DNA of 64,000 bases, from contig CAWGYL010000009.1 in assembly GCA_963826885.1 (NCBI GenBank), forward strand, positions 172,176-236,175, in the 5' to 3' direction. This stretch comes from Nitrospirota bacterium. Lineage in GTDB: Bacteria; Nitrospirota; UBA9217. This document shows, one piece after another, positions 29,076 through 38,668 of the stretch (positions are counted from its first letter, which is position 1; every line of letters begins with the position of its first letter). The translations under genes and the position numbers were made by a program. The notes beneath the pieces are model-generated. The model worked only from the letters and a program-made list of their open reading frames with translations. It searched no databases and was not told the origin of the DNA.

Positions 29076-30227
29076 TTATTTATTTAGTACCTTCGAATAT
29101 TCGGTTTCAATTTTATTGATCCATTCTTTTACACTATATTTCATTTGCATCATTTTTTTAGCTTCCCTGGAAAGACTATTTCTTAAAGCTTCATTCTCAT
29201 AAAGAAGATAAATAGCATCCTTAATTTCTTTAGCTTTACCGGCAGATACAAGTATTCCATTTTTTCCCGAATCCACAACCTGGGGCACGCCGCCCACAGC
29301 GGACGCTACCACGGGAATGCCTTCGGCCATTGCCTCGAGCAGCGACATGGGTGTGCCTTCAGTCAAGGAAGGTAATGCGAAAATGTCGATGGCCGGCAAC
29401 CAATATTCAATATTATCCTGGAAGCCGGTGAAATGTACCCTGTCTTCGATATTTGCTTTTCTGACTAGATCTTCTAACTCGTTCCTTTGAGGACCCTCTC
29501 CAATTATTATTGCCTTTACAGGCAGGTTGAGATCATCAAGCATTGAAATCGCCTCAATAAGATATTTAACTCCTTTTTCCTCGCTGAGGCGTCCGATGTA
29601 CCCAACAACAAATTCCTTTTCCTTTATGTTGAATAACGCACGCTTTATTCGTCGGTTTTGAGTAAATAATTCTTCATTACCGTTTCGATCTACTGCATTT
29701 TGAATCACGGTAATTAGGGATTCTTTAATGCCGCTTTTGACCAAGTCATTTTTTATTCCCTCAGATACTGCCATAATTTTATGAGCAAAACGAAGCACAA
29801 AATGATCCAGCCTACTATACATTTTTAAATTGAGATCATTTAATATAAACCCGTGACATGTTGAAATAAAAGGCAAGCCCATTAACTTAGAAAGGAATAT
29901 TCCTAAAACGTCGGCCCTGTAGCCATGAGTATGTATCAAATCGAATTTGTGCTTTTTTAATAATTTGTAAGTTTCAACGATATTTACAAGAGGGTTAAGG
30001 TATTTAAGTTTATAATCGTTGACAAAGATCTTGTAATATTTTTTCCCTGTTGTATCAAGATGCTTTATAAATACGCCATCATGCATGCTGGATATAGTAA
30101 AGATTATTGGAACCAACTCAAATGAATCACTGTTAACATTATTTATCAAGGAGAGGACAACTCTTTCTGCGCCTCCAAAATCGGTTACTGTTGCCAGGAC
30201 GGCTATTTTGAAAACTTTTCTTGCCAT
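29076..30227 (-). CDS. Glycosyltransferase family 4
   Basis: GGAER, IHTHG, LPSLTEGTPMSLLEAMAEG. Confidence 0.93.
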   Translation of the reverse strand: MARKVFKIAVLATVTDFGGAERVVLSLINNVNSDSFELVPIIFTISSMHDGVFIKHLDTTGKKYYKIFVNDYKLKYLNPLVNIVETYKLLKKHKFDLIHTHGYRADVLGIFLSKLMGLPFISTCHGFILNDLNLKMYSRLDHFVLRFAHKIMAVSEGIKNDLVKSGIKESLITVIQNAVDRNGNEELFTQNRRIKRALFNIKEKEFVVGYIGRLSEEKGVKYLIEAISMLDDLNLPVKAIIIGEGPQRNELEDLVRKANIEDRVHFTGFQDNIEYWLPAIDIFALPSLTEGTPMSLLEAMAEGIPVVASAVGGVPQVVDSGKNGILVSAGKAKEIKDAIYLLYENEALRNSLSREAKKMMQMKYSVKEWINKIETEYSKVLNK

Positions 30228-30232
30228 CCTTA

Positions 30233-31354
30233 TTAACTTCTCCTAAAAATCTTTATTCCACTGTTATAAAGTTTTCTTCCATTTACGAGTATCGGCCATG
30301 CTCTTGGAAGAACAGAAAATTCTCCAAAATAAAAAATCTTGTATAAAATAGAACTGAATGGAAGATCATAATATCCGACCAGACCGACAGCTTCCGGTAA
30401 ATATTTTTTTTTGAAGTATTCCTGGGTCGGTGTTGTGCCGACGCCTCTAAAGCTAAACCAGGAACAGCCGTTTTCCTTGGCCCACTTGATGCCCTCCCAG
30501 ACATAGGCGTAATAGGTCTGTAATTTCTGGTATTTGTAAGGAGTCCCCATGTGCATTGCCAGGCACTTCCCTCCGAACATAATACATATCAGGCCGCCGA
30601 TAATTTTCCCTTCATATTTTGCCAGAAATAACCTGCCCATCCCCTTGACGATATAGGTGTCCCAAAGACACTTCTGGTATTCATAGTCACGGGACATGAA
30701 TCTTTTATTGACGGAAAACTCCTTAAATATATTGTAGAATGCCCTCAGTTCTTCTTCGGACGTGGCAGCCTCTATTCTGACACCTTCCCGTTCAGCTTTT
30801 CGGATACATCTTCTCGTATCCCGATCAAGCATATTAAAAAATTCATTTGCATCATTGACTTTTGTCAGATCAATTCGAGCGACATCTCTGGGTGAATTCC
30901 AGAATGTCCATCTATTATCCAAATGGTTAAAGCCTAATAAAGAAAACTTGTCCTCATTATCTATTGCAAAGCTTTCCCGTATATTAGGGTCGACCCTTAA
31001 AAAAATCGCTTTTTCCCTGCGCGCAATTTCTTTCACTTTCGCGATCAGACCGCAAAGTGTTTCATCGTCCTCGTAATCCCAGACCGGTCCTTTCGGGCTA
31101 TAAAAGATAGAAAAGGGAAGAAATGGAAGCTTTTTCTCAAGTATCATCATCCCGCCGGAAAATTTACCTTCACGCTCGGCAACGAGATATATCGGGGTCC
31201 AGTTGTCAACTGATCTAACCTGTCCCCAACCGTAAGCATTCAACGGATGGACGAAGTCAAAACGCTGAATTTCCCTGTCCCAGTAAGCGCTCTCTGAACT
31301 TGGTATTTCTCTTACTTGTACGCTGATTCCTTTGTTTTCAATGACCGGCTGCAT
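30233..31354 (-). CDS. FemAB/FemX-like (aminoacyl-tRNA-dependent) peptidyltransferase family protein
   Basis: WGQVRS..W, YSPKGPV, FLRVDP, IRKAEREGV, YAYVWEGIKWAKENGC. Confidence 0.85.
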   Translation of the reverse strand: MQPVIENKGISVQVREIPSSESAYWDREIQRFDFVHPLNAYGWGQVRSVDNWTPIYLVAEREGKFSGGMMILEKKLPFLPFSIFYSPKGPVWDYEDDETLCGLIAKVKEIARREKAIFLRVDPNIRESFAIDNEDKFSLLGFNHLDNRWTFWNSPRDVARIDLTKVNDANEFFNMLDRDTRRCIRKAEREGVRIEAATSEEELRAFYNIFKEFSVNKRFMSRDYEYQKCLWDTYIVKGMGRLFLAKYEGKIIGGLICIMFGGKCLAMHMGTPYKYQKLQTYYAYVWEGIKWAKENGCSWFSFRGVGTTPTQEYFKKKYLPEAVGLVGYYDLPFSSILYKIFYFGEFSVLPRAWPILVNGRKLYNSGIKIFRRS

Positions 31355-31961
31355 ATTTTTTGTTCACCTGTATTCCCATAATCTTGATTAGGTTAATATT
31401 GGTAACGAATTTGAAGCCCGCTTTTTCTATGCCCTTGATGGAGGGAAGGTTGTCATGCTTCGCGCAGATATAAACCCGCCTGTGTCCATGCTCCCTGAGG
31501 TATTTCTGGATTGCTATAAGTGTCGCCGGGTAGATCCCTTTCCCCCTGAACTGCGGGAGTGTAAGGGAATATTTTATCTCTCCTTCACCATCGTGCACCT
31601 TGATGATCCTGTTTGGATCATCTTTATAATAAATCCAGCTGATGTGGCCAATTTCCCCATTCTTCCGGTAAATAAAAAAATCTTCCACGCCATCATAAAG
31701 ATCGCAGCAGAATTCCCAGGGAAGGAGCTCCATGCTTTTTCTGGCCTTCTCAAGTTCATCAGGATTTCCTTTTATTATGAAATCGTCAAACCCGGAATGC
31801 GATGGTGAGCTGTTAATGGGCGCATCCAATTCTTTGCTATAAATAAATATGCGTTCCGACTTAAAGAGCGCTCTTATAAAGAGCGATGCTGTGTCGAAGA
31901 TCGAAAGAGTTCTTGCCTGGGAACAAAATAGTCTAATATTTCTTGCCACAGCTTTCATCAT
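31338..31961 (-). CDS. GNAT family N-acetyltransferase
   Basis: TLPQFRGKGIY acetyl-CoA motif; NLPSIKGIEKAGF. Confidence 0.85.
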   Translation of the reverse strand: MMKAVARNIRLFCSQARTLSIFDTASLFIRALFKSERIFIYSKELDAPINSSPSHSGFDDFIIKGNPDELEKARKSMELLPWEFCCDLYDGVEDFFIYRKNGEIGHISWIYYKDDPNRIIKVHDGEGEIKYSLTLPQFRGKGIYPATLIAIQKYLREHGHRRVYICAKHDNLPSIKGIEKAGFKFVTNINLIKIMGIQVNKKYAAGH

Positions 31962-31970
31962 AGAAGTATT

Positions 31971-33194
31971 TTATACGGCAGCTTGACGCTGATCAGAATG
32001 CTCGAGCGCAAGCTTCCTCATGACAACAGATAGAGCAAAAAAAAGCGTAAATAGCATTGAGTAAGCCTGTGTTAAAAAAAATGCTGCCACCAGGGAGCCG
32101 ATAAAGCCGATCTGAAGCGACACGGCAATGGACCTGAATTCCTTCGCATGGGGAGATGCAATTTCTGTATGTATGCAAAGTGAAAGGCTTTTCAGGGTCC
32201 CCCAGATCATCGAACTGAAAAGAAGGAAGCCTATTAAACCTACTTCCGCGGCTACCTGGACATATGCATTGTGGGCAACCTGCCATCTCGCTTGCTCGCC
32301 TCGGGCCGCTCTCATTTCACCAAGGGCCGCTCCAAAACAGTTCACACCAACGCCGGTTATCGGATTGGACAGGGCCATTTGGATCCCTTTTTTCCAGATC
32401 TCCACGCGACCGCCTTCTTCGGTCACGTTATAGTCGCTTCCGACATCCCTGAGGGACTCATACCGCTCCGTGTCAATTTTACTGCCATATAAGGCAATCA
32501 TTACAAGTGCAATGGCCAACAGGGAAATCCTGTATGATAATTTTATGCTCCGCCCGTATTTAAAAAGTAATAATGTGAACACGACTGCCAGGCTCAGAAA
32601 CCCGCCCCGTGAACCTGTAATCAAAATGACAATGACAGATATGCCGAAGGTTGTTATTCCGAATATTTTTTTGAGCAGGCCCTCCTTGTTTATGATGAAA
32701 AAAAGACACAAGGGAAACAGGGACACGAGGAAGTACGCGAGATCATTCGAGTCGTACATCTCTCCAAAGGAAAATCTTCCAGTAGGGTCGTTAAAAGTTC
32801 CCTTGGCCCAGCTTAATGCACCATAAAAAAGAGCACTGAAACATACAACAAATATGATACTTTTCAGCTTTTTGATAGAATCGATGTGGATGAAACAAAA
32901 ATAAAAGAAAAGCATGTTCGACAAGTAGATTAAAAATACATAATCAAAGGCCCCGCGTCTGTAATATGCAAAGGGTATTCCCAGTATCATGGTGAGATAA
33001 AAGAATGAGTATTTTTTGCTTATTGAGAAATTAAAAATCCCCCCTGATGTCTTTTTTTTATTTCCCAGGAAAGTCATCGCTAACATAACAAGAGTTAATA
33101 CTAGTGCCATCCTTAATGGCGCCAAGATGGCAAAAAAGTCCTGAGGCCTCCCAAGCAAAACAAAGGTCAGTAATCTAAATATAAAAAAAGACAT
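31971..33194 (-). CDS. O-antigen ligase / Wzy polymerase family protein
   Basis: Multiple TM helices; DSNDLA, TGSRGG, GRVEIW, GVGVNCF, HNAYVQVAAEVGLIG. Confidence 0.88.
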   Translation of the reverse strand: MSFFIFRLLTFVLLGRPQDFFAILAPLRMALVLTLVMLAMTFLGNKKKTSGGIFNFSISKKYSFFYLTMILGIPFAYYRRGAFDYVFLIYLSNMLFFYFCFIHIDSIKKLKSIIFVVCFSALFYGALSWAKGTFNDPTGRFSFGEMYDSNDLAYFLVSLFPLCLFFIINKEGLLKKIFGITTFGISVIVILITGSRGGFLSLAVVFTLLLFKYGRSIKLSYRISLLAIALVMIALYGSKIDTERYESLRDVGSDYNVTEEGGRVEIWKKGIQMALSNPITGVGVNCFGAALGEMRAARGEQARWQVAHNAYVQVAAEVGLIGFLLFSSMIWGTLKSLSLCIHTEIASPHAKEFRSIAVSLQIGFIGSLVAAFFLTQAYSMLFTLFFALSVVMRKLALEHSDQRQAAV

Positions 33195-33204
33195 AGTCTA
33201 CCGG

Positions 33205-33825
33205 TTATTTGCTTTCTTCAAAAGTCTTTATAACTTCCCCAGGGTTACCGACAACCACAGAAAATGGAGGAATGGACTTTGTGACAACTGTACAAGCGCC
33301 TATTACTGATCGTTTACCTATACTCACCCCAGGTGCAACAAATACATTCGCTCCTATCCAGACATCGTTGTCAATATTCACTTCGGCGTAATTGTAATCC
33401 TGCTCTCTGATGGGAATTGTTAAATTATCGAAGCGATGATTTACGGACCAGATTTTAACGCCTGGGCCGATCATAACGTCATTGCCTATTTTGACAACAC
33501 CGCCTGCATTAATAGTACAGTGAATGTTACAAATAAAATTATCGCCGATTGATAACTCCTGCGGATTAAACACGACGAATCCCTCGTCAATTTCCGGATT
33601 TTCGCCGCAATGTGCGAACGCTTTTACAAGAAATATTCTTCTCAGAGCCATGCCGATACGCCCGGGCACTGCACCCAACAAGAAGAGCTTCCATGTCCTT
33701 ATCTCTTCTTTTACGTCCCAAACCAACTTTCTTATATTATAAATAAAACTTTTCATATATGTATGGCCTACCCGATTTATCGAAGCTTCCGGAGTAGTAG
33801 CATTTTTTGTTATTAATTTCAACAC
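33205..33825 (-). CDS. Hexapeptide-repeat O/N-acetyltransferase (WcaF/Maa-like)
   Basis: IGNDVMIGPGV, DVWIGANVFVAPGVSIG, VTKSIPP..VVVGNPG. Confidence 0.9.
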   Translation of the reverse strand: MLKLITKNATTPEASINRVGHTYMKSFIYNIRKLVWDVKEEIRTWKLFLLGAVPGRIGMALRRIFLVKAFAHCGENPEIDEGFVVFNPQELSIGDNFICNIHCTINAGGVVKIGNDVMIGPGVKIWSVNHRFDNLTIPIREQDYNYAEVNIDNDVWIGANVFVAPGVSIGKRSVIGACTVVTKSIPPFSVVVGNPGEVIKTFEESK

Positions 33826-33922
33826 AATTCTAAAACATTTAAGTGAAAAGAATGTCTAACACCTTCGAATCCAATACTCTTAAGACCAAGTTTCTTGGAA
33901 TTGATTTGACCCTTATCTTGAA

Positions 33923-35368
33923 TTATCTCTGCAAAAGTCTCATCAATTCCAAATAATCATTTTTCCTAAACATAAGACTTATGCAGACATAAATTGATAC
34001 CCCGGCTGTTATCAAAAAAAGCGAGGCAACTAGGGGTTGGAACGTCGCAATTACACTGCTAAGCAACATCAAAGATATCGCCATTACAGCGCTTGCTATA
34101 AAGGGGAAAACTATCTCCGACACATAATTTTTCGGAGTTATGCCCAAAACCCTCAAGCTGCGTATGCCCGTTATGATAAAAACGGCAGGGTAGCCAATCA
34201 CCCAGGCATAACATACGCCCGCGATACCATATCTTATCCCAACCAGAAAGGAGACAGCCATAACAACAAAAATTATGGCCGAATTTATGACATTTACTCT
34301 TGCCTTACCTATGGCAAAGACGGCTTGATTAAATAGCGGACTCAGAGCCTTAAGAGGCAGAACAATACAAAGTAATTGAAAAGGGACGACAATCCCTGCC
34401 CATTTCACACCGAGAATCAGCGGTAAAGCTTTTTTTGCCACGCTTGCCATTCCGAAAAAAATAGGAAAACTGACAAGAGCCATAGTGCGGGTCGCCCTTA
34501 ACACATTTTTCATCACCCGTTCGGGATCATTTTGAATTCTCGAGTATGAAGTAAAAGAAACCTGATTAATTATCGGTAGAACTTTATCGACCGGGATTGA
34601 AGCAAGATTTATGGCAACACCGTAAATGCCCAGTAGATAATTGCCCAGAAATTTACCCACGATAACCAGGTCTGACGCTGAATGGAGATAGTAGAGCAGT
34701 CTACTCCCTGTAACATGAAAACCGTACTTTATATAGTTTTCTGCGCCCTTAAAGTTAAAAATTGGCTTTAACCTCACGGAGTATCCCACGTTATAACTCA
34801 CAGCTTTTATAATATGTGGCGCAAGGAGGCCTGCGGTAAGAGCCCAAACTCCTAGCCCGTATAATGCCAGGACCAGCGTCAAAATAGATGCCCCGACTTG
34901 CGCCGAAACATCAATTATGGCTTTCACTTTAAAATTCATTTCACGAATATACAGCGATTCGGGGACCATATAGAAAATTATTATGATAAAATCTACACTT
35001 AATAACCTGATAAGGGGTATCAGTTTCTGCTCATGGTAAAATGAGGCAATAATCGGGGCAGCCATAAAGCAGAGCACCCCCGCTAGGAGGTTTGTTAAGA
35101 TACCGAAACCGAAAACTTGACGTATTTCTTTCTCTGTAATCTCTCTTGCTTGAATAATAGAAGAACAGATACCAAGTTCACTTATCGTCATCAACAATGT
35201 GGTTATACTGGTAGCCATGGCCATCAGTCCGTAATCCGACGGGAGCAGAAGTCGAATCACGAATATAGTCGAGAGCCAGGATATGGTCTGGCCGATAAAA
35301 GATCCCGTACTCAGCCAAAAAAACCCTTTCAGAATCTTGGCTCGGAAAGTTATTTCTTCTGAGGCCAT
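33923..35368 (-). CDS. wzx: Wzx polysaccharide flippase (WzxC-like), copy 1
   Basis: RLLLPSDYGLMAM, DLVIVGKFLG..LGIY; about 14 TM segments; colinear paralog of 35712-37154. ATG 35368 overlaps TAA of the upstream relic. Confidence 0.9.
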   Translation of the reverse strand: MASEEITFRAKILKGFFWLSTGSFIGQTISWLSTIFVIRLLLPSDYGLMAMATSITTLLMTISELGICSSIIQAREITEKEIRQVFGFGILTNLLAGVLCFMAAPIIASFYHEQKLIPLIRLLSVDFIIIIFYMVPESLYIREMNFKVKAIIDVSAQVGASILTLVLALYGLGVWALTAGLLAPHIIKAVSYNVGYSVRLKPIFNFKGAENYIKYGFHVTGSRLLYYLHSASDLVIVGKFLGNYLLGIYGVAINLASIPVDKVLPIINQVSFTSYSRIQNDPERVMKNVLRATRTMALVSFPIFFGMASVAKKALPLILGVKWAGIVVPFQLLCIVLPLKALSPLFNQAVFAIGKARVNVINSAIIFVVMAVSFLVGIRYGIAGVCYAWVIGYPAVFIITGIRSLRVLGITPKNYVSEIVFPFIASAVMAISLMLLSSVIATFQPLVASLFLITAGVSIYVCISLMFRKNDYLELMRLLQR

Positions 35369-35612
35369 TATTTGCATTTCTCTTGAATTGATATCTCGAA
35401 CATCAGTGTGTCGATAAAAAATATTGCCGCCCTGTTCAGGATTTTGAACCTGCCGTATCCGTCGTGGAGCGGATCAGAGCCGCTTATACCCATAAATATC
35501 CAGATTTTGATTGTCCAACAGTATGCCTGATTTCAGGATGCCGCGAATGCAATACGCTATGGTATGAAGCAGAGGCTACGACGGATCGCTGAGACAGTTG
35601 GACTTGAACCAT
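35367..35612 (-). pseudogene. Deleted relic of the prenyltransferase/squalene-cyclase-repeat gene (copy of 37155-38357)
   Basis: WFKSNCLSDPS*PLLHTIAYCIRGILKSGILLDNQN joined directly to ISGSDPLHDGYGRFKILNRAAIFFIDTLMFE. DNA 35505-35611 is near-identical to 37543-37647. Confidence 0.85.
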
Positions 35613-35711
35613 GTGTTATATGCAAAATAGCCATCATGCTGGTTGCAGCGAACTCCTCGTTTAGGTCCTCGTATCCATCATCATGGTCGTTCAGTAAACT
35701 GACAAATCGAA

Positions 35712-37154
35712 TCACCGTTGCAGAAGCCTTTTCATTTCTAAATACTCTTCTTTTTTGAATATCAGGGTCATGACTAGATAACACACTATGCCGGATGATA
35801 TTAAGAGTATCAGTGAATATAATGGCGAGATGTTCAGCATTTTTTTGAATAGAAAAATGACACTTACCATTACAAAACTTGCAGAGAGTGGAAAGGAGAT
35901 CTCTGACAGATATTGTTTTATCGGTACTCCCAATACGTTTAAGTAATATGAGCAGGTAACAAGAAAAACGAGGGGATACGCAATGATCCATGCGAGACAT
36001 ATCCCCAGGATCCCATCTCTCACCCCGATCAGGAATGCTATGACCATGACTATAGTCGTTATAACGGCAATAATCAGATTAGCTTTCGCCTGACCTATGG
36101 CGATTATCGTCGAATTGAGAATGGGGCTCAGAGCTTTCAGCGGCAGCATGATACATAGTAGTTGAAACGGTAGAACGGCATTCACCCACTTGGGACCAAG
36201 AATCAACGGGATGGCTTCCGGCGCAACGGCTGCCATACCCCAAAATATGGGGAACCCGGAAAAGGCAATCACACGCGTGGTACGCAGCATGTTTCTTCTG
36301 ACGCGATCCATGTCGGCCTGAATTCTCGAGAAGGAGGTAAATGATATCTGATTAATGAGCGGCAAAACTTTATCTGCCGGTATTGATGCGAGGTTTAACG
36401 CAACGCCATAGATCCCCAAAGTAACCTGTCCCAGGAACCTGCCAACGATGATCAGGTCGGCCTGGTTATAGAGAGAGTAGAACAGCCTGCTTCCGGTAAG
36501 CGTGACGCCATATCTTATGAATTTCCCCGAGCCGGTAAAATTGAAAAGGGGCCTGAGCCGGTCGACGCGCGCCACATTAAATAAAACAGCTTTGATCAAA
36601 TTGAGGGTCAGGGTGCCGATAACAAGCGCCCAGACTCCCAGGCCCTTCAAGGCAAGGATCAAGGTCACCAGCGCCGACCCGATCTGGGCCGACACATCAA
36701 TGGCGGTCTTTGATTTGAAGTTCATTTCACGGATAAAGAGCGATTGCGGGACCAAATAAAAAGCGATCAGCATGAAGTTTACAAGCACGACCCTGAGGAT
36801 GGGTACAAGATCATGCTCCTTGTAAAACAGGGCGACAAGGGGAGCGGCCAAGTGACAGGCAAGCCAGAACACAAGGCTGCTCGCAATAGTGAAACCGTAA
36901 ATTTGACGGAGTTCCTTCTCCGTCATGCGCTCCGCCTGAACTATCGCGGAGCCGATTCCTAGCTCATTGAACGGCCCCAACAACGCGATAAAGCTGCCCG
37001 CCATGGCCATGAGACCGTAATCTTTCGGCAACAGCAGCCGGATGACAACGATCGTGGATATCCAGGATACGAGCTGGCCGGCAAACGTTCCGATACTCAA
37101 CCAGAAAAAACCCCTCAAGGCCCTTGTTTTAAACGATGCTTCTTCCGCTGCCAT
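35712..37154 (-). CDS. wzx: Wzx polysaccharide flippase (WzxC-like), copy 2
   Basis: RLLLPKDYGLMAM, DLIIVGRFLG..LGIY; multiple TM segments. Confidence 0.9.
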   Translation of the reverse strand: MAAEEASFKTRALRGFFWLSIGTFAGQLVSWISTIVVIRLLLPKDYGLMAMAGSFIALLGPFNELGIGSAIVQAERMTEKELRQIYGFTIASSLVFWLACHLAAPLVALFYKEHDLVPILRVVLVNFMLIAFYLVPQSLFIREMNFKSKTAIDVSAQIGSALVTLILALKGLGVWALVIGTLTLNLIKAVLFNVARVDRLRPLFNFTGSGKFIRYGVTLTGSRLFYSLYNQADLIIVGRFLGQVTLGIYGVALNLASIPADKVLPLINQISFTSFSRIQADMDRVRRNMLRTTRVIAFSGFPIFWGMAAVAPEAIPLILGPKWVNAVLPFQLLCIMLPLKALSPILNSTIIAIGQAKANLIIAVITTIVMVIAFLIGVRDGILGICLAWIIAYPLVFLVTCSYYLNVLGVPIKQYLSEISFPLSASFVMVSVIFLFKKMLNISPLYSLILLISSGIVCYLVMTLIFKKEEYLEMKRLLQR

Positions 37155-38357
37155 TTATGCTCTTTTCCCCTTGACCGACAGTTCGAGCAGCAGAGCATCT
37201 ATAAAGAATTTTACCGCCCAGTTTAAGATCTCGAAACGCCCATATTCGCCATGAACCGGATCTGAGCCGCTGATTCCACCATGAATGTCCGGATTATCTG
37301 TCCGGAGCAACTGAACATTCTTCAAGTATCCATTGACTCGTGCCACGCAATCCGGGTATTTCGATTCACCGGTCACCTGGTATAATCTGCTCCAGATGAT
37401 GGATATTTGCGCATCGCCCGTAAGGCAGCTCCAGGATACAGTCGGCTCCCACCTCTCGTTAAAGCGTCCCGGGAGGCTTCCGTCGCTACGCTGTTGCGCT
37501 ATCAATGCGTCAGCTGCTTTTTTGGCGCTTTGAACGTAATTTTGATTGTCCAACAGTATGCCTGATTCCAGGATACCGCGGATGCAATACGCTATGGTAT
37601 GAAGCAGAGGCTGCGACGGATCACTGAGACAGTTGGACTTGAACCATCCGTTTTTCAACTGCTGGTCAAGGCCGAACTCTATATTTCGAATTGCCGCTTC
37701 CTTGAAGCGGGCGCCGCGATCAACCGTGGACAACAAGAGCAGCGCCCAAGCTGTCCTCGTGTTATACGAATAAGAGGACATCGCGTCGCTTGTATAATCC
37801 GACAATTTTTTTCGCCATGCGCCGTCCTTGTCCTGATGATCCGCCAGAAATTTTCCGGCTTTTACAGCGCAATCCAGATACCTTGCATTGCCGGTTTCCT
37901 GGAAGGCCCTGAGCCATCCGAAGATCACCTGCCCGGTGTTAAAAACAGCCGGGGTTGGCTTTTGATCGACGGTCCCTCCCTGCACGGCCCCATCTTCCAT
38001 CTGGACGTCGCATTCCCAGTCCGCCATACGAACAGCGCGGTCGAATATGTCCTGTTTTTTCGTTAAATGGGCGTAATCAAACATCGTCGGAATGATATAG
38101 CCCGTGGTTTCAGGATAGGACGGCACCCAACCTCTACGTTTGAAATAAGGATTGTAGACCAGCGAATAACTCCGTGCCACGCCTCCGTCATTAAACGCAT
38201 CCTGCGCACGGCAAATCCATTGGACAGCCGCCTCAAGGTGGTTCATGACGTCATACGTCGCATTGTCCCGGCCCTTCATATATATCTTCGCAATATCGGA
38301 ATTTAAGAATGAAGAATAATACCTACCCGCTGTTATCAGACTCTCAAGGTTAGGCAT
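37155..38357 (-). CDS. Prenyltransferase/squalene-oxidase-repeat (alpha/alpha toroid) protein of unknown function
   Basis: QW-like repeats (WICRAQD..DGG, QMEDGAV, QDKDGAW, QRSDGSL); SYPETTGY; FNTGQV. ORF track start 38375. Confidence 0.72.
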   Translation of the reverse strand: MPNLESLITAGRYYSSFLNSDIAKIYMKGRDNATYDVMNHLEAAVQWICRAQDAFNDGGVARSYSLVYNPYFKRRGWVPSYPETTGYIIPTMFDYAHLTKKQDIFDRAVRMADWECDVQMEDGAVQGGTVDQKPTPAVFNTGQVIFGWLRAFQETGNARYLDCAVKAGKFLADHQDKDGAWRKKLSDYTSDAMSSYSYNTRTAWALLLLSTVDRGARFKEAAIRNIEFGLDQQLKNGWFKSNCLSDPSQPLLHTIAYCIRGILESGILLDNQNYVQSAKKAADALIAQQRSDGSLPGRFNERWEPTVSWSCLTGDAQISIIWSRLYQVTGESKYPDCVARVNGYLKNVQLLRTDNPDIHGGISGSDPVHGEYGRFEILNWAVKFFIDALLLELSVKGKRA

Positions 38358-38668
38358 GAACATCACCCCACTCATAAAAATGAACTTTTTCCGTCACCAA
38401 AGGAAGGGTCGCACCCTCCCGCAAAATCGAATCCTGAACTGGCCCGGAGAGCGTCTCAAATTGGATAGGCAACCTGAAGAAACCTGTGAATGTTACCACT
38501 GTGCGATCGCTCTTGAGAAGCGCTATTCTGTGCCTGATGGATTGCCAAGTATGGGTTTTAATAAAGCTTTTCGCCACCGGTATTTTTTTCGTGGCATTCA
38601 TAAGTTCTCGCATCATCGTGAAGTAAAATACCTCGCTGTCTTCATTATTCTAGCAGCGTATGCAATTG

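Noticed and set aside
38400-38640. Possible GT C-terminal relic (AKSFIKTHTWQSIRHRI) between the GT4 and toroid genes
   Set aside because: Only a short generic resemblance with no source gene to align; not enough to call a pseudogene.
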